Assembly (NCBI GenBank): GCA_036172245.1
Contig: JAYWIR010000011.1
Location: 3,286,001-3,350,000, forward strand
Length of the DNA: 64,000 nucleotides
From: Raillietiella orientalis
Taxonomy: Eukaryota
Direction of reading: 5' to 3'
A model generated the notes under the pieces. That model saw only the letters and a list, made by a program, of their open reading frames with translations, was not told where the DNA came from and ran no database searches. The first letter of the stretch is position 1. Each line of letters starts with the position of its first letter. Made by a program: the position numbers and the translations under genes. Shown in pieces: positions 1 to 13,600 of the stretch.

Positions 1-2720
1 GGGCCGGCGACCGAGGCAGACCGCCCCTTCCTTGCGGCCCGGAGGAGGATGACGCGAGGAAGGGGAAAGAAGGAAGAAAAAACCGGGAGCGGAGGGACGT
101 CCCGCTGCCTTGCGGTAGGAAGGCAGGCAGGAGGAGGAGGAAAACGAAAAAACGGAGCGGCGCGGTCCTACCAGTCGATCTGCCCGTCATCCCTCCGTCT
201 CGGAGAAGGCTGACCGGGGGAAGGCGAGCCCTTTGGACGTCGCGACGGGGGAGTCTCCCGCGTGCCGGCGTTTCCCTTGGACACCGCGGGAGAGGAGAGC
301 GAGGGACGTCCGCTCGGCGAGGCAGCGTGGGGGAAACCGCCCGCGCGAGGTCTATTTCCGGATGACCCCTCGTCACCTCGCCCACCCAAGATCTCCTCCT
401 CCTCCTCCTCCTCCTCCTTCTCCTCCCCCCTTCTTTCCCCGCCTTCGCTGCCGCTTCTCCGACCGTGCGCGTCGGCGCGCGCGCGGATCTTTCGGAAGCG
501 GCGGCAGTGGCGGCAGCCTCTTCAGCCGCCGCCGCCGTTGTTGCCATGCGCTCCTCACGTGCAAAGGGAGGCCTCTGGAGCATGGCCTCTCTCTCTCGCC
601 CTGCACTCGCGCGCGCGGGTCTTCGGGGCTCGGTATGGGGAGACCGCGACGTCTGGGTGGCGCAGCATCTCTCCAAGGGAAGGAGAAACTCAGGGGCGGC
701 AGGTGAGCCTCCGTGGGGAAGGTGCTCCCGCCGCCGTCGCCGCTGAAAACGACACGCGGCTTCGGGGTCGCGCGCCGGTGAGGCCGGCGTGGCGAGCGGA
801 GGACCGAAAGCGCGGTCTGACCGAGCAAGAGATCCCTCGGACTTGGAGGCCGGGGAACCTCGCTGCGGGATTTTCCGCGGGAGGGGGAGGGGAGCCCGGA
901 GGGCAGGGCGAGAGGGAGGGAAACGAGGATCAGGACTCGGGACCTCTTCCTCCTCCTCCAGGACGGTAATCGCGAGGTCGCACTGCGCGCCATGTGCCGG
1001 CGGCCCGCTCCTTTTACCTCGTCTTGGGCTGCTGACGCCACCGCTCGCATAGTAAAAGAGCGTCACCCGGGAAACCGGTTTGCAGCGGCGCACTCGCCGT
1101 CCCATGCAGTTGGAGATGCGTCCTGCAAGTAAAACCACAGATCGTTGTTTCTGGCGGCGACACTGCCCATAAGGAGGAGGACGAGGGGTAGATAGGGGAG
1201 AAGAGGAAGAACACGAAGAGGAACGCGCTCTCTCTCCATGCCCTGCGTCCGAGGAGGACCAGGGAGAGGATTGAAAGAACCTGGACGCAAAACCGATCTC
1301 TCCGAATGCGGGCAAGCGGACAGGAGAGGGAGGGGAGGAAGGCGGCAGCGGCGGTGGCAGCGGAGGAGGAGGAGGAGGAAGAGCGAAGGAGAAATAAAGA
1401 GAGACGAGAAACAAAGAATAACCCCCTCTCTCCCTTCCTCCTCCTCTCTTCCCCTCCCAGAAAAAAAAAAAAAAAGAGAGATGGAGACGAAGTCGCGCGA
1501 TCTCCTAAATGCTCTGCCTTCATCTTGCTCATCAATGGGTCCATTCAGAGAGAGCCCATTCATAACTCCGCCGCATCTCATCACAGCCAGCTCTTTCATT
1601 GCTCTGCCCTGCAGCAGAATGGCAAAAAAAAGGAGTAAAATAAAAGAAAACGGAAAGAAGGAGAAGAGGAGGAGGAGGAAAAGACGGTAAAAACCTGCAA
1701 CACCGGTCTTTGCCGCTCCGGCGAAATGCGCTGCTGGCCCTCCGCTGACTGCCTCTTCTCGGAGGCGGCGGCGGCGGAAACGAGGCGTTCCGAGATGGCT
1801 AACTCCTCTCTTTGAATAGGTCCGCTATTCCTCCGTCCTGTCCGGTGCTCTCCCAACTTCGAGGGCAGCAGCTGAAAGGAGGACCGTTAAGAGCTGGGAG
1901 ACACGGCGACGCCAGCGCCGTTACCGCGTCCCTGAGAAATGAAACGACGACAACGGCTACCACGGCATCGACGGAAGGCAAAAAGGAAATGAACGAAAAA
2001 GAGGGAAGAGGGGCGGGGCGGGGCGGAATGCAAGAACGAGAAGTGGGAAACCTCGTAGTGCCGTTTGGGGTTCTGGGAGAACTGCTCTATCAGCCCACTC
2101 TTCGTCTCTTTTCGCGCAACGCGTCCTCAAGTCCCGCTGGAGCACTTCGAAACGCAGAAGAACCGACGGAATCCGACCAGAGGAAGCTGCGGCGCCAGTT
2201 CAGCAGTTTCCTCGATCGTTCGTTTACTGGTTTCGCTCGTTCCAGCTGGGCACGCGGTGCGCGTCGGCAGCTCCGCAGCCGAAGAGAACAAGTTGCACGC
2301 GCGTGCGACCCAACGCCTTCCGTCCAATAGGCTCCCGGGCTCCCCGTGTGCCCACTTTGCATTCCCGGGAGCGAGGTAATTTCAAGTGCAAGATGACGAC
2401 GCTCGCGCATAAAGCGGATGGCGAAGCACGCGAGCGCTGCTGCTGGCGCGCCCAGCGCTCGCGCTCGCGTCTGGCGGCGGCGGTCCGCGCGAACGCAGGC
2501 GACGCGACTAATCGGGACGTGACGCAACAATCGCGATGGCGCTCGGACTGCCCGATCGCAGCTGCGCTTCTCATAGGCTGCAAGGTGCTCTTCCTAGCGC
2601 CACGTGTTCGCCGCAACGCTTTGCCGAGCGTGTCGCCACGCGCGCCCGCCTGGGTCGCTGCTTCCATGCCGACGTTTCCCCCGTGCGTGCGCGCGTGACT
2701 GGCCGTGGTACCCCTGTCTT
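1..2720. promoter_or_regulatory. GC/CpG-rich island with GGA/CCT and GCC runs (promoter or 5'-UTR-like)
   Basis: Dense CpG (gcgcgc runs), CCAAT at ~2324, and an abrupt drop in GC after ~2750. Confidence 0.4.
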
Positions 2721-3018
2721 CGTGACGAATCCGACTTCACAACTCGGGAGACTAGTTGTTAACTGTAAGACGCATACATTTGTCTCACGGTTTCGTCGTC
2801 CGGAAGGGTCCACGCGAGCCCATAAGGTCCAATTTTCGATATCCGATCCTCCGCTTTCCTTCCGAAGCTGCTGCGTGTAAAAACTGGTAGTGGTTGAGGA
2901 CAGCGATAAACAATCCCCTTTCGATTCCGTTTAATGTGTTTGTACTAGTAATATATGGGGTACACTGACAACAGCATAACAGATAAAGCACAAGAGTGAA
3001 TGTTTAATTGGTTATTAG

Positions 3019-3300
3019 TCATTTCTGAAATCTCCAGGGGATTTTATATGCCAGGAGTCGAACATCTTCACGCTGCACAAGATTTGCCAGTTTTTTGCGG
3101 TCTGGAGCCACTGAGGCAGAATCTTGAATGCCCATCCACATGGTCGTCACCGTGAAAAGGATCGGTACCTCCATCCAGTGATCCAAAAACTGATGAGTTG
3201 ACCTGAAGACCCGTATATCTCTGAAGCGTCCAGGCACGTTTCCTGGTGGATATCTCAGATCGAGATGCTTTCATTGATCAAGACATCAGAGACTTTATGT
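3019..3300 (-). mobile_element. degenerate PIF/Harbinger transposase fragment
   Basis: Across frameshifts: PGRFRDIRVFRS (cf. PGS.HD.RVFR.S), then LPQWLQT and FDSWH (cf. L..WL.TP ... FN..H). Confidence 0.45.
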
Positions 3301-4599
3301 ATACACATTCCCCGATATTTCTTCAGAGTTTTTCGAGGCGTGAGATGAATTTGCGATGAAAACACGCATTCTTCACAAGCTGAGTGTGTATACACTTCGC
3401 GAAAGGAAAGTTGGGAAGCGTGCTTGCTTCATTTTGATGTACAGATGGAAATGCAAACTCATCAGAATGAGTTTTCATTTTCATCTGCACATCTAGGTAG
3501 AAAATTCATGATGATGAACATCAACTCATCAGTGTTTCCTGTGTCTTCGAAGCGAGGTAAGAATATATATATATATTCTTATATATATATATATATATGC
3601 ATGGGAGGTTTCTCGAAAACTCGTTCCGAAAATAGAATCGACTCGTTCTAAAATTAGAATGGGCATAAAAAGTGACCGATTTAACATTTCCTTTTTTTAA
3701 AAAAAAAAGAAAATGTATGGGTGAACACAATTAATCTTCAATTATGTATACATACAGGATATTAAGATGTATATATATATATATATATACTAATAGTCAG
3801 TAGTATCGATTTTGGAGCAAGAAGAATTCGTCTGTTCGTGGGAAGATCCTCCTCAATAAAATGATGGTCCAGTGAACAATCGAATCGAAAAACCAGTCGC
3901 TAGGAAAACTCACTTTGTGCTCTCGACTTTCTCTTTTTGGGACTCTCTGATTGTCTTCAGTTTCGTCCCTGGAATGACGAAAACCAAGTTCGATTAAGGT
4001 GTTCCATTCACCAATTCAGGAAGTGCACTCAGTCTAAACATGTTCGATAGAAAATGGGAAAATCAGAAGTTGGCTTTGCATGGACCACTTCCGCCGCCAG
4101 TCGATCAGAGGCAAATGGTTTGATCTGATCAACATGATGCTATTTATGAAATTAGTTTATGGATTTGCGGCTCCCGAATTTCTTCCCAGCGTTTTGGCTA
4201 ATGACATTCACTCGTTTTCGCATTCAGAAGTTGCGCAAGATGCTTCTTCCGAAAATTCGATATCGCAGTATTTATTTATTTATTTATTTCCACACTAAAA
4301 TAAGAAGGGTAGATCTTGCAAACTCATGGATGATAGTCCTAAGCATAAAGTCTTCGGTACTATTGTGATTTCAGTGCAAATGCAGGAGGTGGTTTGCTGA
4401 AACTGATGTATTGCAGGAAGTAGTTACTGTGTTCCAGCACGTTTCTCTTCCGTTGTATGTAGCTCCGACATAATCCCTAAAGGTATTTCGGGTAACTTGC
4501 GATATATGGATCTTGAGAATCGAGCCTTATGAACTCTATAAATGGAAAATGCGAGCTGAAATGCCGAAGGCGTGTTCTGTGTTTCAGAAACTTTTCTCA

Positions 4600-4880
4600 T
4601 ACATGAGTATGAGTGAAGCTTCTCATACACAGGAAAGACTGCCTGAGGTCTCGCCATTCATAGAAAGAGAGATCACATCTTGAAATATGTTCAGGAGCAC
4701 AGGCGGCGGTGCATTAACGAGAAAAGCAAATACGTTGCTCAGTGATGAGCACACTCTTGAAAAAATGATTCCAATAAAATCCGAATTATGCATAAAAACA
4801 AGAACAGATATGATAGATTCAAGAGATTGCTTCAGGACCACATGTGTCACCTCCTTCGAACCCATTCTCTCCAAATAAAC
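4600..4880 (-). mobile_element. possible degenerate LINE AP-endonuclease fragment
   Basis: SDFIGII...AFLVNAPPP..LNIFQDVIS resembles the fe...vYRPP....F.d.l segment of APE domains. Confidence 0.25.
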
Positions 4881-5899
4881 GCTCAGAAGTGCTTTAGCCC
4901 TTGTAGGCGAAGCAGGATTGCTTGCATGGAATTGCGATTTGGAGACTCGTCATATCCGTTCTTTTCTTTTTAGCCGAAGCAATATTTGACTAGTCTTTTC
5001 ACCCATCTCAGCACGATGGATTAGCGCCCAGGAGGATTTTCGTCCATTTCCACACAGCCAACTAATGTATGAGTTGAGTGTGCATTCTGAACAGTGGAAT
5101 GAGCATTCAGAAACCCACTTCAGGTAATTCTTGGATTCCTGGATCGACCCAAAGTTGGCTTTCTCGAGACACCTTTGGTGTCTCGAGAAAACACTTTACG
5201 TACGACTAGAAATGCTTTTCCGATATTCTTTTTCCTGAGTAAACCTTTATGGCAGCAGCAACAGATAAGAATTTTCACCTATTTCTGAAAGGTGTAAAAG
5301 GAAACATTCCCAGTTCATTCAGTTAAAGAAATGCTTTGAAGGCTGCGCTTTTCACGTGAAGGGGTTTACTTTATGGACATTTTACCTAACCCTTAATCGG
5401 GATATAGGATGAGTGCGCCGCACCGATTCCAGAATCCGCTTCCACTCTATGCAGCGAGAGTCCCCCCCCCCTTCTCCACACACACACGTACACACCCCTC
5501 CGAGTCTTTTTGCACGTGGACGAAGAAAAACCAAAACATTCGGAGTATCACCGAGCTTTCGTGATTTGGAGGCAGACGAGTTTATAAGGTAGACATGACC
5601 TTAGAGTCTACAGTCAATGCAAAGGTTCATCCGATTAGATCAATGAAAGTCTTCCAAGAAAGCCTTTGTGAAATCATGCAGTAATGAAGGGGCAAAAAAT
5701 CAAAAATGACCGCCGCGAATCATTTACAGGGCTGCTCGTTCCTTCCATCCCGTTCACCTGGATTGGCGATAAAACCGAAAGAGGTGTCTGAAATGGGTTG
5801 AATCCGATTTATGCTTGAGACTTTCGTGCAAAAAGACGGCTGCTCGCCGGCTCTTTTTAGCTTGCGCCCTGACGCTCTGCAAGTGCGCGTGCACGTGTT

Positions 5900-6890
5900 C
5901 CTATTTTCATCAACGTTCCCTTTTACTTTCCGCTCCGGAGGTGCCTGCTCCAGTGGCATGCGAGTGGGTCCGTCTGCGTGCTTTCTAAGGGAACCTCCTT
6001 TCTTGCTTCTTTGATATGCTGAAATCGAGAACGGAATCCTTGGCAACCTGCGCCTCCCTTCCAAGGTCGTTCCTCTTTCCTGCGGATCGAGCCTTGCCGA
6101 TTAGCTGCGGTCACCTGGAGGTTGAAACTGCCCCATTCTCCATTCTCCAGAGTGACCCTGACACCAGTTGCGGCTTCCCGTATAGCAATCGAGGACGCCC
6201 GAGACACACTCCAAGGGAATTCCTGAACCGGCGGAGAGCTCAAAGAAGGAACCCTTCGAATGAGCCTAAAGTCCGCGACTGGCACCGTCAAACTGCACTC
6301 CCTATCTTCCTCAAGGTTAGTAGATCCCTGCTCCGCATCCTTCTCCGGAACCCTGCAGAGGAATCAGGTCTGAGACAACAGTGGTCTTCTCCCCAAGCGG
6401 CTCCCGAATTCTCGCTTCTTTCCCTTCCACTTTGTTGGCATCGCTTCAGAGCTACACACTACACGCTCAGGACTGCTCTGGGAGGTCGACTGTCTGTCAT
6501 CGACTCTTTCTCCTTCCCCCCCTCTTCTCTGTTCCTCCTGGCCATCCATCTGCTCTAGATCTTGGTCGACCCTCAGAGTCCAAGAAAACTTGGGCTGTCG
6601 TATTTAAGACAAAGGGACATCTCAGTCTCCCTGAGGTGGCTGCGGCCACTTCCTGGTGCGGCCCTTGAAGCGTAAGCCCCCCGGCAATCGAACTGTCATC
6701 GTCTCTTCCGACTCTCGAGGAGCCGCCCCGTCTCGCGATTCCCGCCGAGAGCAGACGGACGGGCAGTTCCCGCCGCCTCTTCGTGCGGTCCTGGTACGCT
6801 GCGGCACATGAAGAGGCGACGGCGTAGACGCAGAGGAACCTGGTTTTGCCGCGTGCCGAGGTTCATCAACCGGACGGTCGGTGTTCGGCT

Positions 6891-6946
<56 letters not shown>

Positions 6947-7980
6947 GCTTCCGCAACCGTCTGACTTCGGAAGGCAGTCGTGGGCGTTCCTCCCCTCCCC
7001 TCCCCTCCCCTCTCCTCCTCCTCCTCCTCCTCTGAGGAGGAGGAGGAGGTCAGACCGTCTCTCCGCCAGCTTCCTCATTAACTCAGTCCCCTGCTTTCCA
7101 CCTTCGAGGAATTCGGGCAGCGTCCTTCATGGAAGGCAGTGTGCGTGCGTTCGTGCCGAGTTAGATACGGAGCCGGGCCCCTGATCCAACTTGCCCCTCC
7201 GCTCATGGACCATTCGTGGTAATTTGTGAAGAAGGGGATTTCAGACGTCGAGAGTTTTGCCCATCTCAAGAAATTCTGAAGGCATCCACCCCCTTGAGTC
7301 TATTCCCGAAATCATCCAGAGAAACCAAGGAATGGAATCCATCCAGAGAAAGGATTCCATTCCTTGGTTTACTATAGATTATCCCGGCAACGAAGAAAGC
7401 GAACTGCATCCCATCTTGAAAACTCGCCCTCTCCTGGAACTTACGAAATCTCAATTGAAGAAGGAAAACGTCCCATAAGTGTCCTTGGTTCACCCTCCGT
7501 TTCCTGCTCTCTCCGCTCTCTTTTCCTCTTTGTCTTAGCTTTGGAAACCAGAATGCTTCCATAGCTCAGAAAAACGGGAGGAAAGGAGAGATCTGAAGTG
7601 CTCTCAACCGTAAAGGAAGTCAGGATGAATAGGCCATCGTGACTTCCAAGATCAAGGGGATGTACCCGTGGATGGATGCCATCCTGCTTAGCAGCGTTCG
7701 GAGACCGAGAGGCTTCCGATAGCCGTCATGGAGCGAGTGAAGTGACAGCTCTCGCTTTCTGACGGAGACAGCGCGTAATTAGGAAGAGGAACGCAAAAAT
7801 GACTTCTTCCAAACCAGGTGGATCGAAGGCTGGACCAGGAGCAGTGCCCTTCAGGGTTACCTCGTTGGCGTCAAACCCGAATTCTAGGCGAACGATCCAC
7901 TTCCAAGGACGGCGTGTTCGCAATGGCCATAGTGCTCGGCTTGCGCCAAGGAGGCACTCTGAGGCAGCGTAGAAAGGCAA
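5900..7980 (-). mobile_element. degenerate LINE reverse transcriptase remnant, interrupted by a microsatellite-bearing segment
   Basis: KGTAPGPAFD...LITRCLRQK (cf. APGPDGI...FN.CL), a RPISLLP-like stretch, DVFLL.LRFRKF (cf. vFlD..KAFD) and SLGVCL (cf. YLGV.LD) occur in the expected order, with stops and frameshifts. Confidence 0.45.
6894..6942. repeat. (CT)n microsatellite
   Basis: Perfect dinucleotide run. Confidence 0.97.
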
Positions 7981-8689
7981 TTCGCAGCTTCGTTTCTACG
8001 TGTCTTCCTTTATCGTGAGGAAGTAGCTCTTTGCAATAATCTGTTTTTTCTTTCTCTCCAAGAATCGATCATCCGTCATTCTTTTTTGTCTTAAGACGAA
8101 CGCAGCCAGCGCTGGCAAAACTATCAGACTCAGTCCCGAACTGATTTATTGCCTCGAACTTCTGAATTTTCATTTCTTCTCATTGCATTTTCCTTGTTGC
8201 TATCTGAGAGCGGATCGCTTCTTTTTATAAATGCAGTGCTTCTACAGGGAGGTTTATCGAATTTTTTTACAAAAAAAGAGTTCCTGACATCCTAGCTATT
8301 TTTACCGAAGTTTCCACATCCGTGAAATGCATCACCATTTCTAACAAGACGGCTTGTTTCTCTTCGATTCGTTATCGACTCTTAAAAACGACTTTGTGCT
8401 TTCATTTTTTCAGATTAACGGAAAATACTGAACAAATTCATGATTTTCGGTTCCGCGTGACTCGTGATGCGACAGCAGCTTCCATTTGCATCTTCGCCTG
8501 CTGTCAAGGATCTACCTTCATGGCTGCGCGTCGTCGTCGTCCGCGTCCACGTGCAAAGGGTGGCGAGTGCATGAAGGACGATGCAAGCAAGAGCGCCTGC
8601 CAAATAGGGGCAGGCCACCCGGAGGAACCTGGTAGAGTGGAACGCGCTTCCGCCGGTAGCCTAGACCTAGGCCTGCACTCTATATGGAG

Positions 8690-8782
8690 AGCGGATAGCG
8701 AATCCCATTGTTGGCAAACATCTATATATAGATGCCGCAGCTATATATAGATGCCTGCCAACAATGGGATTCGCTATCCGCT
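8690..8782. repeat. 93-bp near-perfect inverted repeat / hairpin
   Basis: 8690-8716 agcggatagcgaatcccattgttggca is the exact reverse complement of 8756-8782; the inner stem 8719-8731 pairs with 8741-8753. Confidence 0.95.
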
Positions 8783-9749
8783 TGCGCCGTAGGCTCGCCG
8801 GCAACCTGAGGGGCATCTTGGTATGAGGGGGTTTGTTCATACCGTCTTGTAAAACGGTTCAGAGTTTGAAGCAATGAACGAATGCAGGATGGTTGTCAAC
8901 TGTTTTTGAATTTATCAGGGTTTCCATAGATGCAGTACGAATCTCACGTACACACGAGAGGCGCTTTCCCTTGAATGCTTCCTGACCTATTCGACCGCAG
9001 ATTTCTTCGATCGTCTTGTGAAGTTACGGACATCGTCAGCCTTCCTTTGAACTCCCATCCTAACGTTCTGAAGAACTGACTTGGTTTTTGGTAGTTTTTG
9101 CGCGCCGTTGAACCACACTCCCTACTGCACACGGCGTTTTTATTAAATGGGGACATAAGACGTTTGTTCAGAAGCGCGCTCATGATCGGCCGAACTTGAA
9201 GAAACGAAAAGTCTTCACGCAGCGTCGGTAAATGTGATGTAAGTTCGGGACACAAAGATAAAAATAATTTCATGATCACAGTGTCGTTTAGGGAGCAGTC
9301 GAAAAGTAAACACACCAAATGGATTTTTCTAGAAATCGGAAGAGGCGGCTGCTTCGTGGACTAAACCTTGGAGGAGTACCTGAATTTACAGTGAGAGGAA
9401 ATTCCACTTTGCCAGTGAAGAAGAGTTCCTAGAAGGGGCTATGACGGCCAATCCACAGACAGCACTCGTTTCTCGCCTGGAATTTTCTCCTGGGTGCAAA
9501 TGGGTGAGAACGCCTGTGAGGTTATGAGAACGATAAGAATAAACAAAGATAGGGAACAGATCTTGTTACCTGTCCTGACCTGTGATGGCTCTAGCTCACT
9601 TAGATAGTAGACGAGGAGGTCTCCTTTCCACTTCTTGCATCCAGAGAAACGCTCAGGTGGCCCCATAGATTGCGTCTGTGAAATGGATTTCTGTAGAAAA
9701 TATTCTCGGCCTTTTGGCTAAGATCAAAGTGTAGAAAATAATGGCATCT

Positions 9750-12700
9750 CGCCGACACTTCAGGGATCGAAGCACTCTCGCAGGCTCTCTGCTTCAGAAC
9801 GTTGTCGAAGCCTCTCCGCGAAAAGGGTTCTTCCAAGGAAACTTTTGAAAAGGTGCCTGCTCCACAGTGTGCCCTTTTCTGCGCAACCTGGACATGTGTA
9901 CAAGGAGAGAGTCAACCTGCCTCCCTCCTGTAACATTTGCACCTCCAAGGGGAGAAGGATCGAGAGTGGTCGTCCACCTCTTTAGAGATTCCTTCTTTCC
10001 TACAATCTCGATGCGTCTATGATATCCTACAGGCTCCTGGAAATCGGATATTTCCGGAGGAAGCTGGGTTACTCTGGACGCCTCATGATAACTCCATCCG
10101 CAGATGGAAGCTCTTGGACCCAACTACACCATCCCGATTCGATACCTCGTGTGGAGGAAGGAGCAGTCGCATTGTGCCCTAAGTCGCTCGTAGTCCTGGA
10201 GCCCGCTTTCCCAGGAAGGAGGAGGAGAGAGGGAAACGGAGTCTGCTCTGTCCATGGAAAGAGGCCGAAACTCTGCTTCCTCGGAGTTTGCTTCGCTGAC
10301 AAAAGGATGCCACTCTACGCGGAAAATTCCATGGGACGAAGCGCGCATGTGCCATCTATTTGCCGGGAAATCGCTGCGAGATGGCAGTTCGGCGGCACTG
10401 TCGCGCGCGCTCCCAGGCGCCCCCAAGCCAATTTGTTGTAAGAGCATGGGTAGGGGTGAGGAGCTGGGGGGGAGAGGAAAGGCAGTTCATGATCATTAAA
10501 GAAGTCGCTTGTCTCTCCTTTCCCACTCAGCCTTCAAGGTGGCGGTTGATGGCAGTGGCGGGTGCGCTTGTGCGTTCACGGGAAAAGCCATCAAATGACT
10601 CTCTAGCAGCGCAAACATGCATCTCGAAAGCGCCGGTGTCTCCAGATGTCTCTGATTCCGCATAAGGGCAGGGGGAGCGGTGGAGTCTGGCGAGTTGAAG
10701 CTGGGAGGCGAATTCTGCTTCCCTGACTTTGATGACCTCGAATCGAGGCTGCTTGCTATATCTCCTCGATCTCCTCTCCGATGGCCTCGTTTGTGCTCAT
10801 CTTCAGCATGAGCTCACTAAGGTTCAGCATCGATCTTCTTCAGCAAAACAGTGTCCCTACCCTTTTCCAGGAAGTCGCTTTTTTCGAAATCGCACTCCAC
10901 AGGCTCTTTCGGAAGGATTTGAAGACGCAGCAGTTGATACCACCACAGCAGCTTCCAATGTATTAAGAATCTCCTCTGCAATAGATTAGAGGTGGCAAGA
11001 ACTCTTGCTCTGGACGCGATCGGGCGAATACGCTGTATGTGCAAAGTAGGATTCCGAAGGGAACGGGAGAACCTCCTCCTCCCCCACCCCGCACGATTTC
11101 TCTTCCTTGACGGTCTTCCTTCTTTCACCTCTCCTCCCCTTCCCGTTTCCAGATCTCGTGCTCGGGAAACGAGGCAGAATGGCAGCACTGCTTGTGAGTT
11201 GATGGAAATGCGACCTTCCCCTTCATCGGGTTGGCAAGTCTGGGATCAGTTTGGGTATTCAGTACTGGACCACACCCATCTCGGGGTCCGCTGCTTTTCA
11301 CAACGTCTCTAGGAGTCGCTATCTGACTTTGATTCCGGAAAGGTAGATGGAAGGAAGGATGGATGAGGCTGCTGCTGGAAGCGGAAAACGGTGTGTTCTC
11401 TCCAGGAGGAAGTCGGTATCACCAGAAAAACCACACCCGTCATGGCAACCGGAATGCCGAAAGGAGCACGAAGAAGGGGAACAGAGCAACCACCTTCCGT
11501 CAGTGCTGACTGAGGAGGAAATAGAACAGTTCGTCCTAGGAAACCAAGTCTCTCTTCATCTTTCCTGTATCCATGCAACCCTGGATTTTCAGAAAGTCCA
11601 GTTCTGAAGTTGGTTTCCTCTAGGAGTCTCTGGAGAATCTGAACCTTGAGAAGGAAGATAGCGATTTGGCTCAAATCCTTCCTTCTGCTTCTCCCAACAT
11701 TACCTCCTCAGCCCGTCTCTACCAACCAATCTTCATCCAACCAGGACAAAGTTTCTCTCTTTAAAGAGGGCGAAAGGCATCCATGCTACTTCAGAGATTC
11801 CTAAGGCTTCTTCTTACTGCTGCGCTGCCCTATCCATAACCTCCTTATCTGTGCCTACCTCTTGGCATGACTCCTTTCCACTCATTGAGCACGCAAAGTC
11901 CTCAAGAAGGCAGGGAGCTTCGTGTGTTCAGAGGAAAAGGAAGGTAAAGGGAAGGTGAGTCTGGCCTATGGCGGTGGTTCGTTCCCATCTGCACGGGACT
12001 GGAATGGGTACTTTTAAAAGCGAAAGTTCGAGATTGGGTCAGAGTCGTGGCGGCAGCGCAACCTAGAAGTCCACTCAGAGGAGGCTGGCTTGAGAAAAAG
12101 ATGGGCTCCTCCTTGGAGCATTTTCAGTGGAGCAGGAGAAAGGCGCAGGAAGGAAAGAGGGAATAAAGGGAAGAAGAGAGAGCACGAAGGACAAAAAATG
12201 GAAGAAAGAAACGGGGCGCAGCTCGCTACCGCAGATCTCAACTTTTGGTGCACATCTCTTCGTTCTTTGAGATCCAGTGACACCTCAGTAACCGGACGAG
12301 AAGGGAAAAGAATAAGGCGAATGTTTCTAGCTCACTCCCCTCTTCTTTTATTCCTTCATTTTTCTAGAGGCTCTTTTTAGGTCTGATAGGTGACTGAGAG
12401 AAGGGGAGGGGAGGAGTTAAGAAGGAGGCTACTAGTCCAGAGATGGGGTCTCCCCTGAAAGCGCGAGGACTCGGTTGCCAGAAACGATGCTCAGTTCTTG
12501 CCCCTTCAAAGGCTTTTGAGAATAACCAAGAACACGGAGTATCTTCCATCAGCGTGTTCTCTTCCGACCATGCCTAACAGAATCCTCTGTTTCGTCCGTC
12601 GCATCCGCCGAAAAGAACGAGAGCGTTCCCATCTCTCTTTCTCACCTCTCCATAGTTGTGCGAGGAGGCAACGGAACTGTAATCAGCATCCTGTCCTTCC

Positions 12701-13600
12701 AGGGAGACTCCTTGATGAGTTCTACAAAGGTTGAATAAAGTCCTTCTTTTTTTCTGGCTCTTCCCCCTGACTCGGCTCCGACTTCTGGCATTCTAGGATC
12801 CTTCTGTTCCTCCTGTCTTTTCTCCTCTCATCTCCAGAACAGCGGTTTGCGAGGCCGCTTTCCGTAGATCCGCCTTTCTTGATACATGAATGGGCAGTGC
12901 GGCGAATTTCTAGTTCCTTCCCTTTCCCCCCTCCTTATCTTGGAGGCCGACTGAGAGACAGCTTTACCCTTTTCCTCTTTCCCTACTATCCCCAACTTCC
13001 TCCCCTTAATTTCTTCAACTTTTCAAAGGCGCACATGACCCCTCACTTTTACAGAGGGGATGATTACAAGGAGACGCATCGTTTCGCTGCTTTGCTTCCG
13101 GGATTCTGAGCGCCGCCAAGGGTATGTCGGAAGAAAGCGAAAGTCGAGGCCACTCCGAAGCATCTCTTGGGCGCCTGGATCATGAGTCTCCTCTCCCAGT
13201 CCTGCTACGCCAGCACTGATGGCACTCGCGAGCTGCGAGCCGACGGTGGGGCTACTTCGGGTAGCTGGGGCGGCTCCGGCGGGCTTCGGGTTGCCATCGA
13301 CTAACCCAAAGAGCATCCCGGCCTTCCATTGGGAACCTCGACGAGCGAGGCTTGCATTGTTGCAGATGCGCCACGTTATTGTTGAGAGCACCCTATTTAT
13401 AGGTCCCAAGGGCAAGCGACCTACACAGAGAACCTCCGCATCAGATGCGCTTGAGTGGCGCAGCTGCCATGTGACAAAAGAACAAAAATTGGGAAAATTT
13501 CTTCGACGCACAGAATTCGTGCAGATCCCCTTGAGCGAATTTTCAGACTCGTTAGCCAACCATCAATGCAACGGATGGGCTTCCCATTCGAATCCTCGAT
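9750..13600 (-). mobile_element. near full-length degenerate LINE ORF2 (EN-RT-RNase H-CCHC; I-group-like)
   Basis: Ordered relics on the minus strand: TWRICNN..RRG (EN, ~13.3k); AFRGDPI and RNIRLILFPS (APG.D.I / YRPI, 12.3-12.5k); GCLSPSL (QG..LSP, ~11.8k); LQRLL....GLSENP (~11.6k); RVEWHP..EAN..A (RNase H, ~10.3k); TCPGCAEKGTLW.RHLF (CCHC, ~9.87k). Confidence 0.5.

Noticed and set aside
168..1690. Many overlapping ORFs in the left GC island
   Set aside because: Poly-S/P/E/R tracts derived from GGA/CCT repeats; no consistent coding signal
3019..3237. hAT dimerisation-domain reading of this ORF
   Set aside because: Harbinger motifs across adjacent frames fit better, though the assignment remains tentative
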